DNA from: Chloroflexota bacterium
Lineage (GTDB): Bacteria; Chloroflexota; UBA11872; VXOZ01
NCBI GenBank assembly: GCA_965220015.1
Contig: OZ244798.1
Location: 2,273,422 to 2,337,421 of the forward strand
Direction: 5' to 3'
DNA: 64,000 bases
Below, piece after piece: positions 1 through 9,811 of the stretch. The notes beneath the pieces are model-generated. The model did not search any database. It saw only the letters and a list, made by a program, of their open reading frames with translations, and was not told the DNA's origin. Each line of letters opens with the position of its first letter. The stretch's first letter is position 1. A program made the translations under genes and the position numbers.

Positions 1-611
1 ACCTCAATTGGTACGCGCCATACACCAACGCCAAAGCCCTCATCGACAGCGGCGAACTAGGGGCTTTGCGTTCGATGGTCTGCCAGAGCCCGCTCCCGCT
101 CTCAAACATCCACAGCCACACCCTGTGCCTCTTTTCATTGTTTGTCGGTTCCCCCGCAAAGTGGGTGCAAGGACACATGGACGACGACGCCAAGGCGCAA
201 ACTAATGAAGACCAGAGCGGCTCAGGCATGATTGGCTACGAAAACGGCGTGCTCGGCTTCCTGAACTCCCACGCGCCCTGGCGGAGTTGGACGATGGAGT
301 TCAATTGCGAGCACGGCCGCGTCTACACGCGCAACCACCACGCCTGGTTCGAGCTCTGGGGTCGAGGGGAAGAAGAACTGGACGGTGAATTCCAGCGGCA
401 ATTTCCCTTTCCGTGGCATCCGCGCAGTTCCATGACTGACGCCATCGAGGGCGTCGCCCGCTCCATAGAATCCGGCGTGGAAGAATCATGTCCCGGCGAG
501 TTCGGACGCGAGGCCCTGGAGATTGGCATTGCCATTCGAGAATCGTATCGCAGCGGCACGCGCATGGCTCTGCCGCTGCAAGACCGCAGCCTCCGCCTCG
601 GCGGCTACTAG
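1..611 (+). CDS. Gfo/Idh/MocA family oxidoreductase, C-terminal part (5' end lies outside the window)
   Basis: Frame 3 is open from nt 3 (LNWYAPYTNAKALIDSGELGALRSM...), upstream of the ATG at 66 given in the ORF track. The C-terminal region (GYENGVLGFL...EALEIGIAIRESYRSG) looks like the C-terminal domain of this family. Stop at 609-611. Confidence 0.65.
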   Translation, partial: LNWYAPYTNAKALIDSGELGALRSMVCQSPLPLSNIHSHTLCLFSLFVGSPAKWVQGHMDDDAKAQTNEDQSGSGMIGYENGVLGFLNSHAPWRSWTMEFNCEHGRVYTRNHHAWFELWGRGEEELDGEFQRQFPFPWHPRSSMTDAIEGVARSIESGVEESCPGEFGREALEIGIAIRESYRSGTRMALPLQDRSLRLGGY

Positions 612-956
612 TTGGATAGGCGCTCCCCGCGCGCGACGTTTGGGACGTCACGCTATGCTACAATTGAGTGGTAACGCTCTTGCAATCGAGATGGATTAAC
701 TCCGACCAGCTTGGGCGGCTATTAGCCCGGCACCAATTGGGATAGTGCGAGTTCGCGGCGTTGCAAAACTAGACGCTGCCCGGCTATTGAGTTCACTGTC
801 ACTCCTTAAAGTCGTCTCTTGCAAGAGTGAGTCTTGCCAAGTAAGTGCCGAATTGTGGATGAACACAGCACGTCACGCGGTCTTGGTACGGCAGAAAACC
901 GCGCCATCACCCAGGTAGCAGTATCGGCTTGAGGTGGTCACAGTAAGGAGACAACG

Positions 957-3926
957 GTGTCTAAGTATTTGAAGTCAACGCTCTTTGGCGGGTTGCTCGT
1001 ATTGTTTGCGGTGGTGCTTGTCGCGTGCAGCGTGCAACCTCCGCCCAAACCGCCGGTACCCGAGCCCCCGGCAACCCCCGCGCCGGCGCCCACGGAAGTT
1101 CCCGCACCTACTCCTGCCCCTGAGCCTGTAGCCCCCACGCCGGTGCCGGTTGCGGAGCTTGCGCCCGATTCTGTCTTGCCGCTTGATCCTGTAGTGACGC
1201 ATGGCACGCTCAGTAACGGCATGACCTACTACATCAGGCACAACGAAGAGCCCAGGAACCGCGTGCAATTGATGATGGTCGTGCGGGCCGGATCCGTGCT
1301 CGAGGAAGAATCGGAGCGCGGGTTGGCGCACTTCGCTGAACACATGGCCTTCAACGGCACCGAACGCTTTGCAAAGCAGCAAATCGTGGAGTACCTCGAG
1401 TCCCTCGGAGTCAATTTTGGGCCGGACCTCAATGCCTCCACCGGTTTTGACACCACTACATACGAGCTTGAGGTACCCACTGAAGACCCCGAAGTCTTGG
1501 AAACCGCATTCCAGATTCTCAGCGACTGGGCCTTTGCCATCTCCTTCGATCCGGAGGAAGTCGACAAGGAACGCGGGGTGGTAATTGAAGAGTGGCGCAC
1601 GAGGCTCGGCTACGGCGACCGCTTCCTCAACCATTGGATACCCTTGGTGTTTGGCTCTTCCCGTTATACGGACCGCTTGCCCATCGGCCTCCTCGAAGTC
1701 TTGGAGACCGCGCAAGCTGAAGACCTGCGCGCCTTCTATGAGCGCTGGTACCGACCCAACCTGATGGCTGTGGTAGTCGTCGGTGACATCGACATAGCCG
1801 AAATGGAAACGCTCGTGCGCCGCCACTTCGCGCCGCCGCCGGAAGGGGAAGCGATGCAAGAGCGCGCCGTAGTGCAACCGCCTACGGAGCGGCCCCGCTA
1901 TGAGGTGCCGAGCCACGCAGAGCCCCGTGTGACAGTGTTTACCGATCCCGAAGCTACTGGCACGAGTACGTTCTTAGTGCGCACGATTCCTTCGGGTTAC
2001 GGCGTGACGCTGGCAGCCTACCGGGACATTCTGATCGAGCGGCTGTCTTTCATGATGTTCAATGCGCGGCTGTTCGAGCTTAGCCGCACGCCGAACCCTC
2101 CGTACTTTGGCGCGAGTGCGGGACGCGGGGGACTTTCGGACACCGCGGACATGTTCGTCTTCTCGCTCGCCATTGAAAAAGACGGTGTCGAAACCGGTCT
2201 AAACGCCATGCTGGAAGAGATGCAGCGTGTGCGCCAGCATGGCTTTACTACTTCGGAACTAGACCGTGAAAAGGCCAATCTACTCAGCTTCATGGAAAGC
2301 TACTACGAGAGGCGCGGCCAACTGGAATCCAGATCGCTCGCCGAGGAGTACATAGAACACTTCTTGAGCAGCACGGTCGCACCGGGCATAGAGATGGAGT
2401 GGGAATTGACCCAGCATCTCTTGCCGCAGATCACCCTAGCTGAAGTTGACGCGTTTGCTCACTTCTGGAGCGAGCCCGGCAACACCGTCCTGCTGGTAAC
2501 CGGGCCCGAAGACATTGGACCCGGAACAAAAGACGAGCTGAAAGAGGCAGTTACGCAGCAGCTTGCAGCCGCACACACACTTGAGGTGGCAGGCTACGAA
2601 GATGAAGCCGCCGACCAAACCCTCTTGGCGACAATTCCAACCGCCGGCTCCATCACAGAAGAACAGGCAATTGAATCCATCGATGCCGTGCAATGGACAC
2701 TCTCCAACGGCATCACCGTCGTGGCCAAGCAGACTGACTTCAACAACGACCAAGTGTTGATGAGGTCTTTCAGCCCAGGCGGAAACTCGCTCGTAGCAGA
2801 TGAGGACTTCTTCTCCGCGCTGCACGCCGCAGCGCTGGTTGCCGGGAGCGGCGCCGGCCCGCATGACAGTGTTGCCTTGGATAAACTCTTGGCCGGCAAG
2901 CGGGTTTCAGTTTCTCCGTACATCGGTTCCCAGTTTGAAGGTTTCAGCGGCAGCGCTTCGCCGCAGGACCTGGAGACGTTGTTCCAACTGATTACCCTGT
3001 ATGCCACTGATCCGAATATTGACCCCGTGTACTTTGAGACCTACGTTACCAGGCTGCGCGACGCGGCTGAGAACCGACTCATGGACCCGGATACGTTGTT
3101 TTTCGATGAGGTCCGTAGAATTCTCTTCCAAGATCACTACCGGCGGCGCCCGCTCACTGTCGAACTTCTCGATGAACTAGACATGGAGCGTGCCCTGGCA
3201 ATATATACTGACCGCTTTGCGGACGTGGGAGACTCTGCATTCGTATTCGTGGGCGCCTTCGATTGGGATGCGTTGCGCTCACTGACCGAAACCTACTTGG
3301 CTAGTTTGCCGGTTTCCGGTCGCACCGAACAGTGGCAAGATCCCAACATAGACCCGCCGCCCGGGCTTGAAGACAAGGCAGTCTATTTCGGTATCGAGCC
3401 TCGGAGCACGACAATTCTGATTTTTGCCGGGGACTTGGAGTGGAATCGAGAGGAAGCGCTGACTATTGCGCTTATGGGTGAGATTCTCCAGATTCGCCTG
3501 CGCGAGGAGATTCGCGAAGAACTCGGCGGTACGTATGGCGTTAGTGTCAGCGCTACGACTTCGTCAGTCCCAGACTCCGAATACCAGGTATACGCGTACT
3601 TTGGCAGCGATCCCGATCGCGTTGAAGAGCTTTTTGCAGCTATTCAACGGGAGCTAACGTGGTTGATCGATGGCGGCGAGCAGAAGTACCTCGACACCGC
3701 CAAAGAGATTTTCCGTTCCTCTAGAGAAGAGCAGGTGGAGGAGAATTCCTTCTGGCTCGGCCAGATCAGAGCTGCGCTGCAGCGTGGTGAGGGCTTTGAC
3801 ATTATCAATCAGTACAATGACCGCCTGGATGTGGTGACGCTAGAGCAGGTTTCGGCAGCAGCCGAACGCTACCTCACGCTCGACCGCTACATCCGAGTTG
3901 TCCTGTTCCCCAAAGAAGAGGAATAG
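957..3926 (+). CDS. M16 (pitrilysin/insulinase) family zinc peptidase, large two-module PqqL-like form, lipoprotein signal
   Basis: GTG start preceded by the RBS taaggag. N-terminal signal with lipobox LVACS, followed by a Pro/Ala-rich linker. Inverted zinc motif HFAEH (HxxEH) followed by NGT. 989 aa, consistent with a duplicated M16 active plus inactive module. Confidence 0.85.
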   Translation: MSKYLKSTLFGGLLVLFAVVLVACSVQPPPKPPVPEPPATPAPAPTEVPAPTPAPEPVAPTPVPVAELAPDSVLPLDPVVTHGTLSNGMTYYIRHNEEPRNRVQLMMVVRAGSVLEEESERGLAHFAEHMAFNGTERFAKQQIVEYLESLGVNFGPDLNASTGFDTTTYELEVPTEDPEVLETAFQILSDWAFAISFDPEEVDKERGVVIEEWRTRLGYGDRFLNHWIPLVFGSSRYTDRLPIGLLEVLETAQAEDLRAFYERWYRPNLMAVVVVGDIDIAEMETLVRRHFAPPPEGEAMQERAVVQPPTERPRYEVPSHAEPRVTVFTDPEATGTSTFLVRTIPSGYGVTLAAYRDILIERLSFMMFNARLFELSRTPNPPYFGASAGRGGLSDTADMFVFSLAIEKDGVETGLNAMLEEMQRVRQHGFTTSELDREKANLLSFMESYYERRGQLESRSLAEEYIEHFLSSTVAPGIEMEWELTQHLLPQITLAEVDAFAHFWSEPGNTVLLVTGPEDIGPGTKDELKEAVTQQLAAAHTLEVAGYEDEAADQTLLATIPTAGSITEEQAIESIDAVQWTLSNGITVVAKQTDFNNDQVLMRSFSPGGNSLVADEDFFSALHAAALVAGSGAGPHDSVALDKLLAGKRVSVSPYIGSQFEGFSGSASPQDLETLFQLITLYATDPNIDPVYFETYVTRLRDAAENRLMDPDTLFFDEVRRILFQDHYRRRPLTVELLDELDMERALAIYTDRFADVGDSAFVFVGAFDWDALRSLTETYLASLPVSGRTEQWQDPNIDPPPGLEDKAVYFGIEPRSTTILIFAGDLEWNREEALTIALMGEILQIRLREEIREELGGTYGVSVSATTSSVPDSEYQVYAYFGSDPDRVEELFAAIQRELTWLIDGGEQKYLDTAKEIFRSSREEQVEENSFWLGQIRAALQRGEGFDIINQYNDRLDVVTLEQVSAAAERYLTLDRYIRVVLFPKEEE

Positions 3927-4284
3927 GCCGGAAGTCTGAACAAGAGCGGGTAGTGGTATTCACTTCCCGTTCTTGTCTTGGTGATGCGTCAATGTTCGTG
4001 GACTGATCTCACTCTTTAGTGGGTGTAGACCCTTGTCCAGGAATTTAAGGGCGCCAAAGCGCAGTGCCGACGGCAGTTCCTTCGCAACGGTCATGGTAAC
4101 GCTTGTAACTTTCAGATTTCTCAGTTGTAAGCGCAGATGCATCGGAGCATCCTGAGTTCAAGCAGGATCGTTGGGTCTGACGCCTAGACTGATTGGGATC
4201 GCCTCTGCTGCGGGCACCCCTCGTGCCGATCTCCCGCAACTCTCCATCAACGCACTCTCCCATGCCCCCTTTAGGACTCGCCCT

Positions 4285-5235
4285 ATGACTTCTCCCGTCT
4301 CTTCACTTCTCTGGCAAGATTGCAGTCAATTCCTGGATTATTGCGGGTATCTCAATCGTTCGCCGCAGACTGTGCGCACCTACAAGCAGATGCTCACAGA
4401 CCTCGTAAGCTACTGTGAAAAGACAAAGCGGCCGGTGGCGCGTGTTGAAGACCTCACGTTGCCAGTGATTACGGCCTTTCTTGCCTGGAAGCGCACCCAC
4501 ACGAGCGCATCGACACTGGCAAAATATGCCTCATGTGTACGTAGTATGCTCCGCTATTTCAGCTTGCATGAGGACCGCGACGTTCTTGTCTACGACAAGG
4601 TGCAACTGCCCAAGCTGCAGCGCCACGCGCCCCGCAACGTCCCTACCGCCGAAGACATCGTGCATCTCTTTCGCTCCATTCCACAGGATTCGCCGCAGGG
4701 CAGGCGTGACCGCGCGCTCGTGATGCTCTTCTTCTCCACGGGCCTGCGCTTGGCGGAACTCTGCGCGCTCAACCGCGCCGATCTACCCATCGAGCGCCTC
4801 GGTTCCGATCAACTCTTGCAGATCATCATCAGAGGTAAAGGCGACAAAGACCGGCCGGTTTTCTTACAACAGGGAGCACAACTGGCAGTCCGCGAGTACC
4901 TTGCGATACGTGAGGACGAGTTTCCCCCGCTCTTCATACGCTACCGGCCCGGTATGACGGCAGACGACGACGCCCAAGACAAGGAGAAGCGACTCTCGCC
5001 GCGCATGGTGCGCAAGATCATCACGCAGCATGCGCGGAGATCGGGCGTAGGGCATCTAGCGCCTCATGCGCTGCGGCACGGCTTTGCCGTTGACTTGCTG
5101 CGCAATGACGTAAACCTGCGCGTAATTCAAGAGCTTCTCGGCCATTCTAGCCTGTCTACAACCCAAATTTACACCCACCTAGTAAACCGGGCCTTGGCTG
5201 ATGCCGTCCGTCATCGGGTTGATCCCGTGGGGTAG
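4285..5235 (+). CDS. Tyrosine recombinase, phage-integrase family (XerC/XerD-like)
   Basis: C-terminal catalytic signature: LRLAEL (Arg), HALRHGFA (HxxR), LLGHSSLSTTQIYTH (His and Tyr nucleophile). SAM-like N-domain (FLDYCGYLNRSPQTVRTYKQML). The ORF is open from 4171, but the ATG at 4285 (MTSPVSSLLW) gives the usual length. Confidence 0.8.
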   Translation: MTSPVSSLLWQDCSQFLDYCGYLNRSPQTVRTYKQMLTDLVSYCEKTKRPVARVEDLTLPVITAFLAWKRTHTSASTLAKYASCVRSMLRYFSLHEDRDVLVYDKVQLPKLQRHAPRNVPTAEDIVHLFRSIPQDSPQGRRDRALVMLFFSTGLRLAELCALNRADLPIERLGSDQLLQIIIRGKGDKDRPVFLQQGAQLAVREYLAIREDEFPPLFIRYRPGMTADDDAQDKEKRLSPRMVRKIITQHARRSGVGHLAPHALRHGFAVDLLRNDVNLRVIQELLGHSSLSTTQIYTHLVNRALADAVRHRVDPVG

Positions 5236-5335
5236 TCCGCCCTAGCGCAGGAGCTACGAACGTCGATAGCGGCTCGTCCACTCAGGCTACTATTAGGTAA
5301 ACGCGGTAGGGTGTCTCGCAATACACGGTCTTCTC

Positions 5336-6361
5336 ATGCCCCGGAGGTTTGCAATGAACGTGCGTGAATTGGCAGATGCAGGGAAGAATGGCGCCGGCCA
5401 GGATACCAGCCTGCGTGATTACATTCTCGAGGAGTTCATAGAAGACTATCAAGAGGGTGAGATCAATCGGCGCGAAGCGCTCCAGCGCATCGCCGCGATC
5501 ACGGGCAGCGTTGCTATTGCCAATACCATCTTGGCCGCTTGCGGAACGCCGGACGAGCAAGCAGCCTCGCAGGAGTCCGCCAGCGATTCCTCCGATCCAC
5601 CGGCTTCGCCTACTGCCGAGGTGCAGGCCGCCACTGAGAGCACGCCGGGGATGACCGTTTCCCCTGATGACCCTGACATCGAGGCGAACGAAGTCGAAGT
5701 GCCCGGAGACGGCGTGGCGCTGATGGGCTACTTAGCCAGGCCAAGCGGAGACGGACAGTTCCCCGCAGTGTTGGTCTGTCACGAGAATCGCGGCTTGAAC
5801 GAACATATCCGGGACGTTGCGCGGCGCTTTGCCAAGGCGGGGTACGTGGGATTGGCGCTCGACATGCTATCCCGGCAAGGCGGCACGGATGCGGCGGGCG
5901 GCGCCTCCAGCGCTCCAGGTCTGCTCAGCAACATTCCACCGCAGCAGTTCGTGGATGACTTTAAAGCCGGTCTGCTCTTTCTTCAGTCCCAGTCATTTGT
6001 GGCGCCGGACCGCTTCGGCATGACGGGCTTCTGTTTCGGCGGCGGCGTGACCTGGCGCTGCGCTACGCAAATCCCGGAGCTGAAAGCGGCCGTGCCCTTC
6101 TACGGGCCAAATCCGCCTTTGGCTGACGTTCCGAAGATTGAGGCCGCCGTCCTCGCCATCTATGCGGAGCAAGACCGGCGCATCAACGCGGGCATCTCGG
6201 CAATCGAGACAGCCATGCAAGAAAACAACAAGACGTTCGAGAAGATCATCTACCCCAATGCCAACCACGCGTTTCACAACGACACCGGGTCACGGTACGT
6301 CGAGGAAGCCGCGAAAGACGCCTGGCAGCAGACCTTGTCTTGGTTCGCGGAGCATCTTTAG
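5336..6361 (+). CDS. Dienelactone hydrolase family protein with Tat-type signal and lipobox
   Basis: NRREALQRIAAITGSVAIANTILAACG (twin-Arg plus lipobox). DLH-like core (VLVCHENRGLNEHIRDVARRFAKAGY, GMTGFCFGGG nucleophile elbow with Cys, HAFHND). Confidence 0.8.
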   Translation: MPRRFAMNVRELADAGKNGAGQDTSLRDYILEEFIEDYQEGEINRREALQRIAAITGSVAIANTILAACGTPDEQAASQESASDSSDPPASPTAEVQAATESTPGMTVSPDDPDIEANEVEVPGDGVALMGYLARPSGDGQFPAVLVCHENRGLNEHIRDVARRFAKAGYVGLALDMLSRQGGTDAAGGASSAPGLLSNIPPQQFVDDFKAGLLFLQSQSFVAPDRFGMTGFCFGGGVTWRCATQIPELKAAVPFYGPNPPLADVPKIEAAVLAIYAEQDRRINAGISAIETAMQENNKTFEKIIYPNANHAFHNDTGSRYVEEAAKDAWQQTLSWFAEHL

Positions 6362-6514
6362 CTCTAGTCGTCCGATTAACAACACAAGAATATCCGTTGC
6401 CGCAGACGCTGACTTGGCGTTGCCGCTAAAGCAAGAAGAGCCGCCCCAATTGGGGCGGCTCCTACATTGTCAGCCAGTTGCGAAATGCAAGGCTGGATCG
6501 GGAAGAAACTGCGG

Positions 6515-7948
6515 CTACTTCGCCGATTCTTCCGCCAAGATGTTCTCCAAAATGGGCTTGACGTTCTTCAAGCCGTCGGCCGGGGCCACCGTGCCGGCGA
6601 TCATGTCGCCCCACAGCGGTCTGACCGCTTCTTCCATCATGCGCGGCCACGCTGAGGTGACGAGCGCGGGGTCGCCGCCGTTGCCACCGAGGGGAAGCGA
6701 GTTGACGAAGGTATCAACACGCACGCCAGGCCGTTCCTGATACAAGTCACGCAGGAACTTCTCCGCGCCCTCGAGCCGTGCCGGGATATTGCTGGTAAGC
6801 AGCGCCCAGCGGTCTTCCGGAATATGGAACTTGACGAATTCCCAGGCTAGATCAGTTGCCTTCGACTGGGTGCCAACTCCATAGCCCCAAATCTTGAACT
6901 CAGGCAGAGAAACTGCGGCATTCGGGAATGGCGTAAATGCCCAGTCGATATCCGTCGTGTCTCGGTACCCGCCAAGCTGCCAGGAACCCATCTTGATCAC
7001 GCCGGTCTTGCCGAGCGTGAAATGGGTGAAACCACGCTGCGGCTCGCCAAGATTCTCGTTGGCCTGATCGCGCGAGGGCCAGGACCTATCCTGGAGTTGG
7101 AGAGCAATATAGGACTCGTACGCTTCTATCACTTCCGGCGAATCACAGGTGATTGACTGGAAGTCATCCGAAATCCAGGCGCCTTCCCAGAGCATCGGTG
7201 TATTGGGATAGTAGTTGATGCCAACCCGGTCCAGGCCGTATTGGGTGTACTTGCCGCCGGACTCCTTGGTGAGCGCCTGCATCGTGTCGCGGAACTCGTC
7301 CCACGTCCACGAGTTCGCCCAGTCCTCAGAGGGTTCATCGACACCGGCATCGGTAAAGAGCGTGCGGTTATAGAGCAGCGCAATCGCCTCACCATGATGG
7401 TACGTGGTCAGACCGTAGACATTGCCTTCAAATGAGGAAAACGTCGTGCGGCCGTCCCTGGCGAACTGCGTCATGTCGTAATTGTCGCGCTTGATAAGAT
7501 CGTCAAGCGGCTGGACGAGACCGTTGCGCACGTACAAGGGGGGCGCAAGGCACATAAAGCAATCGACCAAGACACCGCCGGCCAGCATCGTCGTCAACTC
7601 GATGCCCTGCCCTACCAGGCTTCCCGGTGCGACGACAAGCTCTACGGTCGCGCCCGGATTGGCCTCGGCAAATGGGTTCAGCATGACGGTTTCTACGTTC
7701 CCCATGTCCCGTTCCGAGAACCAGGAGTAGTACTGTATCGTAACTTCCTCTGCCACGGGGGCCTCGTCCGCCGGTTTCTCCTCCGCCATCTCCTTCTTGG
7801 CTTCGGGTTCCGCCATGGTCGTTGCGGTCCCAGTGCCACAGGCCGCCAAAATAGTGACTCCCAGGCCGCCAATTCCAGCACTTGCCAGCAGTCGCCGACG
7901 TGTTACTCCTGTCAAGATTCCTTCATCATGCTCAGTCTGCATTTCCAC
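6515..7948 (-). CDS. ABC transporter substrate-binding protein (family 1, sugar/polyamine type), Tat/lipoprotein signal, no adjacent permease or ATPase
   Basis: TRRRLLASAGIGGLGVTILAACG signal. About 450-aa periplasmic-binding-protein-like sequence resembling the other three SBPs in the window. Confidence 0.8.
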   Translation of the reverse strand: MEMQTEHDEGILTGVTRRRLLASAGIGGLGVTILAACGTGTATTMAEPEAKKEMAEEKPADEAPVAEEVTIQYYSWFSERDMGNVETVMLNPFAEANPGATVELVVAPGSLVGQGIELTTMLAGGVLVDCFMCLAPPLYVRNGLVQPLDDLIKRDNYDMTQFARDGRTTFSSFEGNVYGLTTYHHGEAIALLYNRTLFTDAGVDEPSEDWANSWTWDEFRDTMQALTKESGGKYTQYGLDRVGINYYPNTPMLWEGAWISDDFQSITCDSPEVIEAYESYIALQLQDRSWPSRDQANENLGEPQRGFTHFTLGKTGVIKMGSWQLGGYRDTTDIDWAFTPFPNAAVSLPEFKIWGYGVGTQSKATDLAWEFVKFHIPEDRWALLTSNIPARLEGAEKFLRDLYQERPGVRVDTFVNSLPLGGNGGDPALVTSAWPRMMEEAVRPLWGDMIAGTVAPADGLKNVKPILENILAEESAK

Positions 7949-8350
7949 TGCCTCCTTGAAAGCAGATACTTACCAATACACCACCTAGGCCACTATGGTA
8001 ACCCTAGTGTCATTCACATTACTCTCTCTGCCCAATACCGTCAAGTAGAATCATTACGGCTGATCCCCCATGACTGCACGCACATATTCTTATTGACAGT
8101 CTGGAAGTGTGAGGTCTTAGCCCCTGTAATTTAGAGTGAGGCAGAGCTGCGCTCGTATTGCGCCCTTTGCACCGAATTTGCTGGAATTCCACACGCGCTT
8201 CTACAGAGCCAGATGTATCGCCGAGCTGTGCCCCTTGGGCTGCTCGCGGTGTGCCTGTCGAAACGCTGACGCCGAAACCAATGTGCCGTCCGCGTTGAGA
8301 CTGTCGAATCGATGATGCATAGCCTGAAATGACGTTCGGCCTCACCCTAT

Positions 8351-8441
8351 CTTACCGTTCACGCTGAACCAGTCTTACCGTTCGCGCTGAGCCTGTCTCA
8401 CTGTTCGCGCTGAGCCTGTCCACCGTTCGCGCTGAGCCTGT
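8351..8441. repeat. Tandem array of four ~23-bp units (consensus cttaccgttcgcgctgagcctgt), REP-like family A half-sites
   Basis: Direct reading: cttaccgttcacgctgaaccagt / cttaccgttcgcgctgagcctgt / ctcactgttcgcgctgagcctgt / ccaccgttcgcgctgagcctgt, then cgaagcgc. The same motif recurs at 47529-47548, and in reverse complement at 58463-58502. Confidence 0.75.
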
Positions 8442-8641
8442 CGAAGCGCAGAGAGTAGACTTCGCCCACAAAGTAATCGAGAGAAGCGCCGGCTTTCGGT
8501 CCGTCATTCCAGCGAAATCTGGCATCCAGACACTGAAGGCTCCGCATTTCTGCCAAGAGGATTGCCTTATCCTTGACGCCGCAGACGGAGGCCAAGCACG
8601 TAAGCCCAGCGCAAGTGGGTCCGCAGCGCGAACAATCCGCT

Positions 8642-9604
8642 CTAGTCGCCAGCTTCTCGCGAGGTTTCCGCCTCATGCTCGTGCATCGCAATCATCAACC
8701 CAGCAAGTGAGATTATGTCGAGCACATTGTGGTGAAAGACCGCATTGAGGCTCGCCAAATCACCAGTCTTGAGATAGTCCAAGTAGAGGCCGGGGACTTC
8801 ACTGGAAGGCACGTCGCCCTGACGCGCAAATTCAAGAATGTGTTTCTCGAGGGTCTGCAGGCGGCAATTGGGCAACTCCCGCCGCCACAGACGCCGCGCG
8901 CCGTAGAGGAGATCGCAATGCAGGACATTTTTCAAGTCGAGCTTGATGTCGTTGGCCCGCAAGCGGGACCGCAAGAGCGGCAGATCGAAGCTGGCGCCGT
9001 TGAACGTGGTCATTGTCGGCCATTGGGGAAGGGCCGCGGCAATCTCCCGCAGCATGGCGGGCTCTTCATCCGGAGTGCGGATGAAATGCTGCCGTACGAC
9101 GAACGCGTCATCCTCAAGGTACCCCAACCCCACCAGAAAGACGTACGTCCCCGGCCCGCCCAGACCGGTCGTTTCCGTATCCCAAAAGACCATCCGCCGC
9201 ACGTCCGGCGGGCTGCTTTCACCGTTCTCGCCCCTGACTCCTCGGCTCTGCGCCGCGCCAGCCTCAGAAGACTCGGTTTCGCCACGATGATAGGATCGCG
9301 GCCGCCGCGCACCCGCCGTCCGCGCCACCTGCGCCGCATCCACCTCCAACACCTGTCGCAGGACGTACTTCCCATGCCGATAGTCAACTGGATGCGCAAC
9401 AGAACGTACCAAGTGAACACCAGGGAGAGTTTCACGTTCTTGCCACATTAGTCCAAGTTTCCTTGCATGACCTGGCGCCTGGCGGCGCTTGGTCTGGTCC
9501 TTACAATCCAACACGGAGAAGGCGAGTGATTCCCAACAGGTATGCCTAGCGCTCCAGTGAGGATCATGCCTCGACTGCAATGCGTAATGCCTTTCCTCCC
9601 GCAA
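8642..9604 (-). CDS. RNase H-like (YprB/COG3359-type) predicted 3'-5' exonuclease
   Basis: VFWDTETTGLGGPGTYVFLVGLG (DxE exonuclease motif I), TFNGASFDLPLL, HHNVLDIISL. An upstream HP-x-DYRHG segment is typical of this family. The true start may be the ATG at 9448 (MWQERE...). Confidence 0.65.
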   Translation of the reverse strand: MREERHYALQSRHDPHWSARHTCWESLAFSVLDCKDQTKRRQAPGHARKLGLMWQERETLPGVHLVRSVAHPVDYRHGKYVLRQVLEVDAAQVARTAGARRPRSYHRGETESSEAGAAQSRGVRGENGESSPPDVRRMVFWDTETTGLGGPGTYVFLVGLGYLEDDAFVVRQHFIRTPDEEPAMLREIAAALPQWPTMTTFNGASFDLPLLRSRLRANDIKLDLKNVLHCDLLYGARRLWRRELPNCRLQTLEKHILEFARQGDVPSSEVPGLYLDYLKTGDLASLNAVFHHNVLDIISLAGLMIAMHEHEAETSREAGD

Positions 9605-9811
9605 CTAGACCTCGACCAGCACCGTTGACGCTTCCGGCTCAGGGATTGGGATGCCTTCCTGCCGCATGCCCTCGAGGTGCAACGCAATCGCCCCTTGAAT
9701 GTTCAGCGTGACTTCCTCTAGTGTCTCGCCGGTAGCCACGCATCCGGGCAGATCCAGCACATATGCAGAGTAATTCCGCGGCGTCTTTTCAATTACCGCC
9801 GTGTACTTCAT
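9605..9811 (-). CDS. hicB: HicB-family antitoxin (UPF0150, short form without a DNA-binding domain)
   Basis: 68 aa: MKYTAVIEKTPRNYSAYVLDLPGCVATGETLEEVTLNIQGAIALHLEG, the classic HicB N-terminal fold signature. Its start overlaps the stop of the hicA reading frame (ATGA). Confidence 0.8.
   Translation of the reverse strand: MKYTAVIEKTPRNYSAYVLDLPGCVATGETLEEVTLNIQGAIALHLEGMRQEGIPIPEPEASTVLVEV

Noticed and set aside
975-1916. 313-aa minus-strand ORF antisense to the M16 peptidase gene. Similar long antisense or alternate-frame ORFs occur at 24699-25490, 52434-53204, 60365-61381 and 63037-63711.
   Set aside because: These are Arg/Ala/Gly/Pro-rich translations typical of shadow ORFs in high-GC DNA. 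Each lies fully inside a gene with clear family motifs on the other strand, and none has recognisable motifs of its own.
4171-5235. The tyrosine recombinase as a marker of a prophage or integrative island.
   Set aside because: No phage or conjugation genes, no adjacent tRNA, and no flanking direct repeats that I could see. It has the full XerC/D-like architecture, so it may be a chromosome-dimer-resolution or stand-alone recombinase. It is kept as a plain CDS.
8351-8441. Possible CRISPR array, because of the regular 23-bp direct repeats.
   Set aside because: The repeats are contiguous with no spacers, there are only four units, and no cas genes are present. The unit belongs to a dispersed REP-like family.
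8019-8691. ORFs 8019-8345 and 8398-8691 (about 100 aa each) upstream of the exonuclease gene.
   Set aside because: Their sequences are translations of the repeat elements (FDRLSANG, RFRWNDG). They have no RBS or motif support.
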